59,276 bases of DNA from a virus (lineage: Duplodnaviria; Caudoviricetes), in IMG/VR virus record IMGVR_UViG_3300030118_002680, positions 1-59,276 of that record, one strand, 5' to 3'. Of the stretch, positions 1 to 6,510 are shown in pieces; the first letter of the stretch is position 1, and each line of letters opens with the position of its first letter. The translations under genes and the position numbers were made by a program. The notes beneath the pieces were generated by a model. It did not search any database. It saw only the letters and a program-made list of their open reading frames with translations, and had not been told where the DNA came from.

Positions 1-345
1 AAAAAATATAAGCTTACAACTGCAGAATTAGAAACTCTTTTGTTTTTAAAAACTGAAGGAAGGTTTTCTAGAGATGACTTTCAAAAGTTTAATGAAGTCA
101 TTAGTTGGAATAAAGATAGGTTTGAGAAACTACGAAGAGATGGATGGATTGTTGTTTTTAGAAAACGAGTAGGAAAGCGTAGAGCATTGTACGAGTTGTC
201 GTACAAGACGAAGAGACTTATCGCTTCAGTTTATTCAAAACTAAATGGCAATGAGATTCCTACTTCTGTGTTTAGTAACAAGAAGTATACAGACAAAGTA
301 TATAGAAATCTTATAGAACAACTACGACATCCCTCTCCTGAATAA
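1..345 (+). CDS. Hypothetical protein, possibly winged-helix; 5'-truncated by window edge
   Basis: Frame is open from position 1 (KKYKLTTAELETLLFLK...); LRRDGWIVVF...YELSYK resembles a wHTH wing; overlaps the groES 3' end convergently. Confidence 0.65.
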   Translation, partial: KKYKLTTAELETLLFLKTEGRFSRDDFQKFNEVISWNKDRFEKLRRDGWIVVFRKRVGKRRALYELSYKTKRLIASVYSKLNGNEIPTSVFSNKKYTDKVYRNLIEQLRHPSPE

Positions 346-568
346 CCGTAACCTTTTTTCCTTCTATCAATAAAGTGTGTGCATTCCTGAAGTCATAATA
401 TATTTCTTCTGTTGGAATAATAGTACTCACTTCATTTCCTACAGCAATGACTTTACCTTTATGGTATCTACGTCTTTGTGCTTCGTCATTAGTTAACAGT
501 ATTCCTGATTCTGTTTTGAGCTCTTCTTCAATCTGCTCAATTAGAATGTACTTAGATATTGGACGCAT
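311..568 (-). CDS. groES: Co-chaperonin GroES
   Basis: MRPISKYILIE...KTESGILL (mobile loop)...GKVIAVG...IQERDV; start reassigned to ATG at 568. Confidence 0.9.
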   Translation of the reverse strand: MRPISKYILIEQIEEELKTESGILLTNDEAQRRRYHKGKVIAVGNEVSTIIPTEEIYYDFRNAHTLLIEGKKVTVIQERDVVVVL

Positions 569-683
569 ACGTTTTTTCTTTTGATGATACAACGTAGCCG
601 TTCTTTTGTAAAAGCTTGATAGCTTTCTCAATCTCTAATCTTCTGTTTCTTTCTGCTTCGAATATGTGATTATCTATTGGCAT
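552..683 (-). CDS. Small hypothetical protein (43 aa) between groEL and groES
   Basis: Hand-translated MPIDNHIFEAERNRRLEIEKAIKLLQKNGYVVSSKEKTYASNI; fills the gap tightly. Confidence 0.6.
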   Translation of the reverse strand: MPIDNHIFEAERNRRLEIEKAIKLLQKNGYVVSSKEKTYASNI

Positions 684-688
684 AATAA

Positions 689-2284
689 TTATTTTTTATT
701 TCTATGCATGGTTATAATTGCATTAGTAGATAGCAAAGTTACTGCAACACTAATAGCATTTTGTAAAGCTGACCTAGTCACTTTAACAGGGTCTATAACT
801 CCCATGGAAATCATATCACCCCACTCTTCATTTTTTACATCATATCCTACTCCCCACTCTAAGTCTCCTTCTCTTTCATATAAGTATTCATCCATACCTG
901 CGTTTCTGAGAATCTGTATTAATGGAGTTTGCAATGCAGCTCCTAAAATTGCGTAAGCAATTTTTTGCGCAGAATTTTTCATAGACTTAGATTTCTCTTC
1001 GTATTCATATCCTGTATAATATAAAGACAATCCACCTCCCGGAAGTATACCTTCTTCAAGAGCAGACTTGACAGCACATACTGCATCGTCCACTCTATCG
1101 TATAACTCCTTTTGCTCAAGGTCTGTGTTACCACCAACATGGATAACACCTATACCACCTGTAAGCGAAGCGATTCTTTTTTCGATAAAGTTTTTTAATT
1201 GTTTATCGTTTGTCACTTCATGCTGAACCCATAGCTCTTTGACTCTTTCATCTATCGCTACTTGGTTCTCCATCTTATCATCTTTAATGACGATACTTGA
1301 GTCACGCCCAACTATCACCTTGGAACAATGACCCAAGTCGCCAAAGTTTATTAGGCTTAAGTCATCTCCTGTTTCACCACTAAAGTATTTAGCTCCTACT
1401 GACAAAGCTATGTCTTGCATTAATTCATGCTGCCTATATCCAAAGTCCGGTGGTGCAATATTGACAAGCTTCAAATTATTCTTCATTACGTTTGCTGCCA
1501 ATGTATTTATAAATCCTTGTGAGCATGGAGCTATGATTAATAACTTCTTCTGCTCATTTATGATTGGCTTCAATACACTTTCGATTTGTAGTATGGTATT
1601 TATTTCCGTATCACATACTAGCACCATAACATCTTCCATGATACACTCGTCATGCTTTTGGTCGTTTACAAATAAGTGGGATGTGTACCCTCTATCTATT
1701 TTGATTCCTTTGGTAGTCTCAAAATAGGTAGTGTTTGTTTTTGATTTCTCTACAGTAACAATACCGTCTTTGCCTACAGATTTATAAACGTCTGCTATTT
1801 GTTTTCCAATCTTCTCATCATTGTTGGCTGAGATGACTGCAACATCTTTTAATTTTTTTCCTGAAACCTTTTTACCATTCTTGGTTAGCTTCTTGACTAT
1901 GACCTCACATTCTTTCTGTAGCCATGATAATACATCAGGTCTATTGACCTCTTCATCTATTAGCTCCATACCTATCTTGACTAATGATTCTGTCAAGACG
2001 ATAGCTGTGGTCGTTCCATCTCCTGCTGTGGTGGCTGTTCTATCTGCTGCTTCTTTCATTATGCGTACAGCTAGATTTTCAACCTCATCCATAAGGAAGA
2101 TTGATTTAGCTACAGTCACTCCATCTTTGGTAACTGTGATTCCGTGAGTATGTTCAGGTGATTCGATTAGGACCGTATTCCCTCTTGGTCCGAGTGTGGA
2201 CTTTACTGCTTTAGCGATTTGAGTTATACCATTTAAAAGCTTGGCTCTGCCTTCGCTATCGAAGTGTAGTTGTTTTGGATTCAT
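689..2284 (-). CDS. groEL: Chaperonin GroEL (viral type)
   Basis: TLGPRG, TKDGVTVAK, AGDGTTTA, EEGILPGGG and GVIDP motifs; 531 aa; lacks the GGM tail. Confidence 0.97.
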   Translation of the reverse strand: MNPKQLHFDSEGRAKLLNGITQIAKAVKSTLGPRGNTVLIESPEHTHGITVTKDGVTVAKSIFLMDEVENLAVRIMKEAADRTATTAGDGTTTAIVLTESLVKIGMELIDEEVNRPDVLSWLQKECEVIVKKLTKNGKKVSGKKLKDVAVISANNDEKIGKQIADVYKSVGKDGIVTVEKSKTNTTYFETTKGIKIDRGYTSHLFVNDQKHDECIMEDVMVLVCDTEINTILQIESVLKPIINEQKKLLIIAPCSQGFINTLAANVMKNNLKLVNIAPPDFGYRQHELMQDIALSVGAKYFSGETGDDLSLINFGDLGHCSKVIVGRDSSIVIKDDKMENQVAIDERVKELWVQHEVTNDKQLKNFIEKRIASLTGGIGVIHVGGNTDLEQKELYDRVDDAVCAVKSALEEGILPGGGLSLYYTGYEYEEKSKSMKNSAQKIAYAILGAALQTPLIQILRNAGMDEYLYEREGDLEWGVGYDVKNEEWGDMISMGVIDPVKVTRSALQNAISVAVTLLSTNAIITMHRNKK

Positions 2285-2308
2285 AAATATATTTAATTAA
2301 ATTCTATA

Positions 2309-2316
2309 CAAATGTA
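2309..2316 (-). promoter_or_regulatory. Bacteroidota-type -7 promoter element (TACATTTG) for groEL
   Basis: Matches TAnnTTTG 24 nt upstream of the groEL start. Confidence 0.6.
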
Positions 2317-2321
2317 TAAAA

Positions 2322-2582
2322 TTATTCTTTAATCTCACGAGTGTTAAATACAGAGTTAAACCAACCATCGTAAAAATTATTGATATGGTAAATCTCTATC
2401 ACCTTACCTCTGTGTCTTATACTATTGATATAAGTGAAAGCTTCATCTTTGGTTTCAAAGACTAAACGATTCTTGAAACGAGAGGACCATTTGTTTCCTT
2501 CACAAAGGATTAATGGTTTCGTAGGATGATGTATTTCGTATTCGTAATAGTCGTCTTCGTAGGAAGTTAGTGGTTCATTCAT
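2322..2582 (-). CDS. Hypothetical protein
   Basis: 86-aa ORF with its own upstream promoter and AT-rich leader. Confidence 0.6.
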   Translation of the reverse strand: MNEPLTSYEDDYYEYEIHHPTKPLILCEGNKWSSRFKNRLVFETKDEAFTYINSIRHRGKVIEIYHINNFYDGWFNSVFNTREIKE

Positions 2583-2605
2583 AATGTAGTGTTTTTAATT
2601 TTGAA

Positions 2606-2637
2606 CAAATATACGAAAAAAATTCGACATAAACAAA
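2606..2637 (-). promoter_or_regulatory. Bacteroidota-type promoter TTTG-N20-TATATTTG
   Basis: Both -33 and -7 elements with 20-nt spacer containing TGTCG...TCG. Confidence 0.75.
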
Positions 2638-2703
2638 TTAACCTGTTGAGAATATTTCGCTATACTCTCTCTCTCTCTATTATAACGTATATATTTTTTT
2701 TCC

Positions 2704-2812
2704 GTATACGACCCCTTAAAAGTTAACAAGGTTAACAGAAGTCTTGATTATCAAGGAGTTAGGTTTCAAAAGTCAACAGAAACTCAACAGAAAGTTAACA
2801 GGAAGTTGACAT
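2704..2812 (+). repeat. Iteron-like element copy 1 (four tandem 11-mers, 2769-2812)
   Basis: aaagtcaacag aaactcaacag aaagttaacag gaagttgacat, preceded by gtatacga...aaaagttaacaa...tgattatcaag; second copy at about 12.9 kb. Confidence 0.8.
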
Positions 2813-2818
2813 ATATAT

Positions 2819-2849
2819 AAAAAAAGAAGGGGATGTGAGGGTCCCCTTC
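2819..2849 (-). terminator. Intrinsic terminator
   Basis: gaagggga/tccccttc stem preceded by an A-run (U-tract on - strand), downstream of ORF 2908-3114. Confidence 0.65.
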
Positions 2850-2907
2850 CAAAAGTGAGGATAAGAAAAACACTACTAAAACCTATCCTCTACACAAACT
2901 AAATCTA

Positions 2908-3114
2908 TTATCGTTTGAATAAATCTATATTAGCTCGTGCTAGTTCGTTTCCTTCAGCAATCATCTGTACTTTCTTGTATCTCTTTGCTGCGTTCTTCAT
3001 ATCTGCTAACTCAGTAATACCCATTCTAGGTGAAGGAGCCATATTGATTAGCCTACCGTCTTTTACTTCATACCCTTGCATTGAAGGAGGAATGTTAAAT
3101 CTACTGTGTGCCAT
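2908..3114 (-). CDS. Hypothetical protein
   Basis: 68-aa ORF with TATCTTTG upstream and a terminator downstream. Confidence 0.65.
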   Translation of the reverse strand: MAHSRFNIPPSMQGYEVKDGRLINMAPSPRMGITELADMKNAAKRYKKVQMIAEGNELARANIDLFKR

Positions 3115-3136
3115 GACTATTAATTTTATATATATA

Positions 3137-3144
3137 CAAAGATA
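3137..3144 (-). promoter_or_regulatory. -7 promoter element TATCTTTG
   Basis: Consensus TAnnTTTG upstream of ORF 2908-3114. Confidence 0.6.
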
Positions 3145-3232
3145 GAAAATTTTATTTAGATACTTAGGGCTTTCGGGTTATATGTATGTGTCACAACAAT
3201 GTGCGCTGCAGGAAACACAAAAAATTTTGTAT

Positions 3233-3403
3233 GGGGGGGGTCGTCTTCTGTTGGTGCATGTCTGATTTTTTTAGCTTTTTCTCATGCGTATGTGTGCGTA
3301 TGTGTGCATGCGTCATGCGTTGCGTGTGCGATTCAGGTCAGGACTCCGTGCATGCGTGCATAATGCGTGTGTGTACGCACCTACCTGCATGTGTGCGTGT
3401 ACT
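3233..3403. repeat. G8 run followed by an alternating purine-pyrimidine tract (TGCGTG/CATGCG)
   Basis: gggggggg at 3233-3240; catgcgtatgtgtgcgtatgtgtgcatgcg... across 3283-3403. Confidence 0.7.
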
Positions 3404-3548
3404 GAACAGAAAATTTAGACAATAACCTTCCCTCGTTAGTACCTGTAGCCAAGGATATATATATAAACAAAACTTAGTAATCGCATTGTTAATAACTCGC
3501 TGAAAATCAAAATTTTACTCTGTTGAGGAAAAAAAGTTATTAACAAAG

Positions 3549-3579
3549 TTTGGAAATTCGAAATATTAAACTACCTTTG
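3549..3579 (+). promoter_or_regulatory. First early promoter TTTG-N19-TACCTTTG
   Basis: Bacteroidota consensus directly upstream of ORF 3612. Confidence 0.75.
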
Positions 3580-3611
3580 AACAAATATTAATCAAAAAAA
3601 ACACAAAAATT

Positions 3612-3800
3612 ATGAAAAATTTAATCAATTCAACAGAAGTAAACGTAGTTTCTAACTCTATTACAGAACAAGCGCAAATGCAGTTCGCTCTCGAAGACAA
3701 GCTTGAGAGAGATTTTCACTCAGGGTTCATCTCTGAAGAAGAGTACAACGAAGGGTTACAGGGAATCTTCAGAAGGTTTCAAGATATCTACGGCTTCTAG
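3612..3800 (+). CDS. Early hypothetical protein
   Basis: 62-aa ORF after the promoter with an A-rich leader. Confidence 0.65.
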   Translation: MKNLINSTEVNVVSNSITEQAQMQFALEDKLERDFHSGFISEEEYNEGLQGIFRRFQDIYGF

Positions 3801-3821
3801 AGTACAGGGGACTATGTCCCC

Positions 3822-3872
3822 TCTGTCGAGAGATGTGTGTCTCTCCTGATGAGTCCCAAAGGACGAAACAGA
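3822..3872 (+). ncRNA. Type III hammerhead ribozyme
   Basis: Core CUGAUGA (3846-3852) and GAAA (3865-3868); GUC triplet 3825-3827; stem I gagaga/tctctc, stem II gtcc/ggac and stem III tctgt/acaga are all perfectly paired. Confidence 0.93.
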
Positions 3873-3901
3873 AAATTAACTTAAATTAAAAATTTAAAAT
3901 T

Positions 3902-4840
3902 ATGAGTACAAACAAGAATGCAGTTCTCAAGAAAGTAAAAGCCACGCTTCTCGAAGGACTTAAGAAAGACGGCTTGAAGTGGTTCAAACCTTGGAAATCA
4001 GGAGAGAATCACCCAATCAATAACAAATCAGGTAGAGCTTATCGAGGATTCAATACCTTCATCCTTAACTATCAGATGGTGCAAGAAGGTTATGACCACA
4101 ACGAATGGGATACCTTCAAGAGCATATCTGCTAGAGGTGGTAAAGTCCTGAAGGGTCAGAGAGGAACAGATATATTCTTTTGGTTAATATCATATTGCTC
4201 GAAGGAAAACTTCGGAACTTGGTACAGAACGAAAGCAGAGTGTATGAAGAAGGAAAATTGTAACGAAGATGATATCTTCACAAATTTTGACCTGAGATAC
4301 TACAGAGTATGGAACATTGGACAATGCGAAGGTTTGAAACCTCTGAGAAAATTAGGTGAGACGAAAGAAGTAAAGCCTATCGAAAGCTGTGAAAAAATCG
4401 TAGCGAAGTACAAGAAGATAGCTAAGAAGTTAACCTTCAAGGATGTTGAGCAGGACAGAGCTTACTACTCTCCTTCGAAGGATATGATAGTGATGCCGTT
4501 GATGACTCAGTTCGATTCAGAAGATAAATATTATCACACTCTGTTTCATGAGATGGTTCACTCAACAGGTCATGACTCGAGGTTGAACAGAGAAGGAGTT
4601 GCTACAGCATATCAGTTAAATAAAACCAAGCATGATTATGCCTTCGAGGAACTGATTGCAGAGTCAGGAGCTATGGTGTTATCAGGTATTGCAGGAATCA
4701 ACACAGATGACGAAGATAAGCAGAGTCAAGCTTACGTCAACGGATGGGTCAAAGCAGTTGAGAAAGCTGATGAGAAAGCCATCGTATCAGCTCTAACGCA
4801 GTCGGCTAAGGCTACTGATTACATCCTCGGTAACAAATAA
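3902..4840 (+). CDS. ardC: ArdC-family antirestriction protein (ssDNA-binding N-domain + zincin-like metallopeptidase)
   Basis: W.KPW, P.N..SGR.Y.G.N, GGKVLKG, AYYSP..D.I.MP, HEMVHSTGH..RLNR, YAFEELIAE. Confidence 0.9.
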   Translation: MSTNKNAVLKKVKATLLEGLKKDGLKWFKPWKSGENHPINNKSGRAYRGFNTFILNYQMVQEGYDHNEWDTFKSISARGGKVLKGQRGTDIFFWLISYCSKENFGTWYRTKAECMKKENCNEDDIFTNFDLRYYRVWNIGQCEGLKPLRKLGETKEVKPIESCEKIVAKYKKIAKKLTFKDVEQDRAYYSPSKDMIVMPLMTQFDSEDKYYHTLFHEMVHSTGHDSRLNREGVATAYQLNKTKHDYAFEELIAESGAMVLSGIAGINTDDEDKQSQAYVNGWVKAVEKADEKAIVSALTQSAKATDYILGNK

Positions 4841-4850
4841 ACCGAGGATA

Positions 4851-4896
4851 TTCGAGAATGGTTGCAGGGTGGTTCGATTCCACCCCTCGAAGCTAA
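4851..4896 (+). ncRNA. tRNA-like mini element 1 (acceptor + T-arm)
   Basis: ttcgag/ctcgaa stacked on gggtgg-TTCGATT-ccaccc (12 bp total); 10-nt linker aatggttgca; followed by G-CTAA. Confidence 0.7.
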
Positions 4897-4916
4897 TTTT
4901 AAATATATATATAACT

Positions 4917-5348
4917 ATGAAAAACACACACAAAATCAAAGCTATGAACGCACTCAGAAAGTTAGGAATAACTTGTAAGGAGTCAGAAGTTTATGACCAC
5001 CAAGGTAACGACCTGAGAACTGAAGGATTATTGTTTTGGATTGACAACGAGAGCAACGTAGAAACAGAGTACCATCTTGAAGGAGGTCAATGGGGTAATC
5101 CTACCGAGACATTTGAGCAGGTTTGCGAGGAGTTTAATCTGTTCGTGGAGCCATTCAACTCAGCTATATATTTAGTTTATCTAGATGACATTCCTGAGCC
5201 AACGGAAGTACCTGCAGATGTACTAGCCTTAGATTCAGATTGTCATGCGATAGACAGATGCGATTTCTGTGGCAGTCATGAAGTAACTTATCATCAGTAC
5301 ATAGGTGATTCATACTGCTCGGATTGTGGCGAATGGCAATCAGAGTAA
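4917..5348 (+). CDS. Hypothetical protein with C-terminal Zn ribbon
   Basis: CDFC...CSDC; start reassigned to ATG 4917. Confidence 0.7.
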   Translation: MKNTHKIKAMNALRKLGITCKESEVYDHQGNDLRTEGLLFWIDNESNVETEYHLEGGQWGNPTETFEQVCEEFNLFVEPFNSAIYLVYLDDIPEPTEVPADVLALDSDCHAIDRCDFCGSHEVTYHQYIGDSYCSDCGEWQSE

Positions 5349-5382
5349 ACGAAAAAAGTTTAACCTGTTGGGCAAAAAAAGA

Positions 5383-5414
5383 TTTGCATATGTCGTTTTT
5401 TTGTCGTATGTTTG
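5383..5414 (+). promoter_or_regulatory. Early promoter TTTG-N20-TATGTTTG
   Basis: Both consensus elements; TGTCG repeats in and after the spacer. Confidence 0.75.
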
Positions 5415-5434
5415 TCGAAATTCTGTTGCATAAT

Positions 5435-5507
5435 CGTGGGGAGTCGGTCTAATTTAGGGACTCGAAAACCCTAAAAAAGAAGGTTCAATTCCTTCCCCCA
5501 CAACTAA
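5435..5507 (+). ncRNA. tRNA-like element 2 (no D-stem)
   Basis: gtgggg/ccccac acceptor, D-loop-like agtcggt, tttaggg/ccctaaa arm with loop a-CT-CGA-AA-a, T-arm gaagg-TTCAATT-ccttc, then A-CTAA. Confidence 0.7.
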
Positions 5508-5524
5508 CTTAAACACTATATAAC

Positions 5525-5647
5525 ATGAGAAAATTAATTTCAAAATTATCAATCGAGAACGTAATCACTTACGGAGTAATGGCTTTTGTATTATCGTCTT
5601 GGACGGCATTAGTATACCACATCATCGTAACAGGTAATACTATATAA
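5525..5647 (+). CDS. Small membrane protein (40 aa)
   Basis: Hand-translated MRKLISKLSIENVITYGVMAFVLSSWTALVYHIIVTGNTI; one hydrophobic helix; abuts the next ORF. Confidence 0.6.
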   Translation: MRKLISKLSIENVITYGVMAFVLSSWTALVYHIIVTGNTI

Positions 5648-5648
5648 T

Positions 5649-5915
5649 ATGAAAGGAAGAGGTTGGTTAAACGACACCACTTACAGAGATTTCCCATTCA
5701 ATTATATGGGAAACTCTGCAGGTGAAGAACTAAGCTACTACGATAGGCTAGCTAGTTATATAAAACACAATGAGCTACTCAACGAAGAGCAAACCTTCGA
5801 GCTACTCAGTAGAATTGAAATGTTTATTGAGCAAGAGATTGAAGAGATAAAAGCTGAAGACCAAAGTGAGTGGAGCAGTTCAATTGTTTGGGAGAAAAAA
5901 GATTTTAATAAATAA
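5649..5915 (+). CDS. Acidic hypothetical protein
   Basis: ORF track; tight operon packing. Confidence 0.65.
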   Translation: MKGRGWLNDTTYRDFPFNYMGNSAGEELSYYDRLASYIKHNELLNEEQTFELLSRIEMFIEQEIEEIKAEDQSEWSSSIVWEKKDFNK

Positions 5916-5925
5916 ATATATATAT

Positions 5926-6297
5926 ATGGCGAAAACACACATAGGAACTTCGGTTCCAAAGGATAAGGAAATCAAGCATTATATATTTGATTGCCTTGGT
6001 ACAGCCGATGGATACGAAATCGGTTGGCTACACGAGAAAGATGACGACAATATCAGCGACCCTGATTCAGAATTATTCTATGATAAATATGGGATGATGG
6101 ACGTAGCGAGGGAGCTGATACTTGAAGGACATGACTTCACTAACTATTGGTTAGATGAGGAGGACATAGAAGAATGGGAAGCTGAGAGAGATAAGTGTGA
6201 GGAATGCGATGGTGAAGGGACAATCATATCCCCCACCTACGATGACCCTTACCATGAGGTGCCATGTCCTGAGTGTTCTTGTGGGCATGATATATAA
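5926..6297 (+). CDS. Acidic protein with DnaJ-type Zn-finger motif
   Basis: CEECDGEG...PCPEC; start reassigned to ATG 5926. Confidence 0.65.
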   Translation: MAKTHIGTSVPKDKEIKHYIFDCLGTADGYEIGWLHEKDDDNISDPDSELFYDKYGMMDVARELILEGHDFTNYWLDEEDIEEWEAERDKCEECDGEGTIISPTYDDPYHEVPCPECSCGHDI

Positions 6298-6350
6298 ATA
6301 TATAATAACTCACACCCCCTTCATTTATGAAGGGTGTGAGTATTATATAT
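6298..6350 (+). other. Long imperfect hairpin directly after a stop codon
   Basis: atatataata(a)ctcacaccc(cc)ttcat / atgaagggtgtgagtattatatat. Confidence 0.7.
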
Positions 6351-6356
6351 AAATAC

Positions 6357-6490
6357 AGAGCAGATGCTACCTTGGAGGTCGATGTGGTTTTGGAATCATA
6401 ATCCGTTTGACACAGCGTTAGTTAATCATCGATGACCTGTTCACAATCATAGATGTAAAACAGAGGTTCGAATCCTCGTCTGCTCTCTAA
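6357..6490 (+). ncRNA. tRNA-like element 3 with about 95-nt internal insertion
   Basis: agagcaga/tctgctct acceptor, T-arm gagg-TTCGAAT-cctc, internal aggtc-gatg/catc-gacct helix, then T-CTAA. Confidence 0.7.
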
Positions 6491-6510
6491 CTTAATTAAA
6501 CACTACGAAT

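Noticed and set aside
666..2147. + strand ORFs opposite groEL, and similar antisense ORFs across the late arm
   Set aside because: Shadow ORFs of well-supported genes on the other strand
2769..2812. Possible CRISPR array
   Set aside because: The 11-bp repeats are directly adjacent with no spacers, and no cas genes are present
3186..3425. 79-aa Cys/Val-rich ORF
   Set aside because: Artefact of translating the TG/CG alternating tract
4766..4790. CTGATGAG as a second hammerhead core
   Set aside because: Inside the ardC coding sequence, with no stem II or correctly placed GAAA and stem III
4869..4916. GTG-start N-terminal extension of ORF 4869-5348
   Set aside because: Overlaps the tRNA-like element; ATG 4917 has a typical AT-rich leader
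5435..5507. Canonical tRNA-Ser(CGA) call
   Set aside because: No D-stem, no long variable arm and a 1-72 mismatch; kept only as a tRNA-like element
6357..6490. tmRNA
   Set aside because: Too short, no G3-U70 pair, no CCA, no evident tag reading frame
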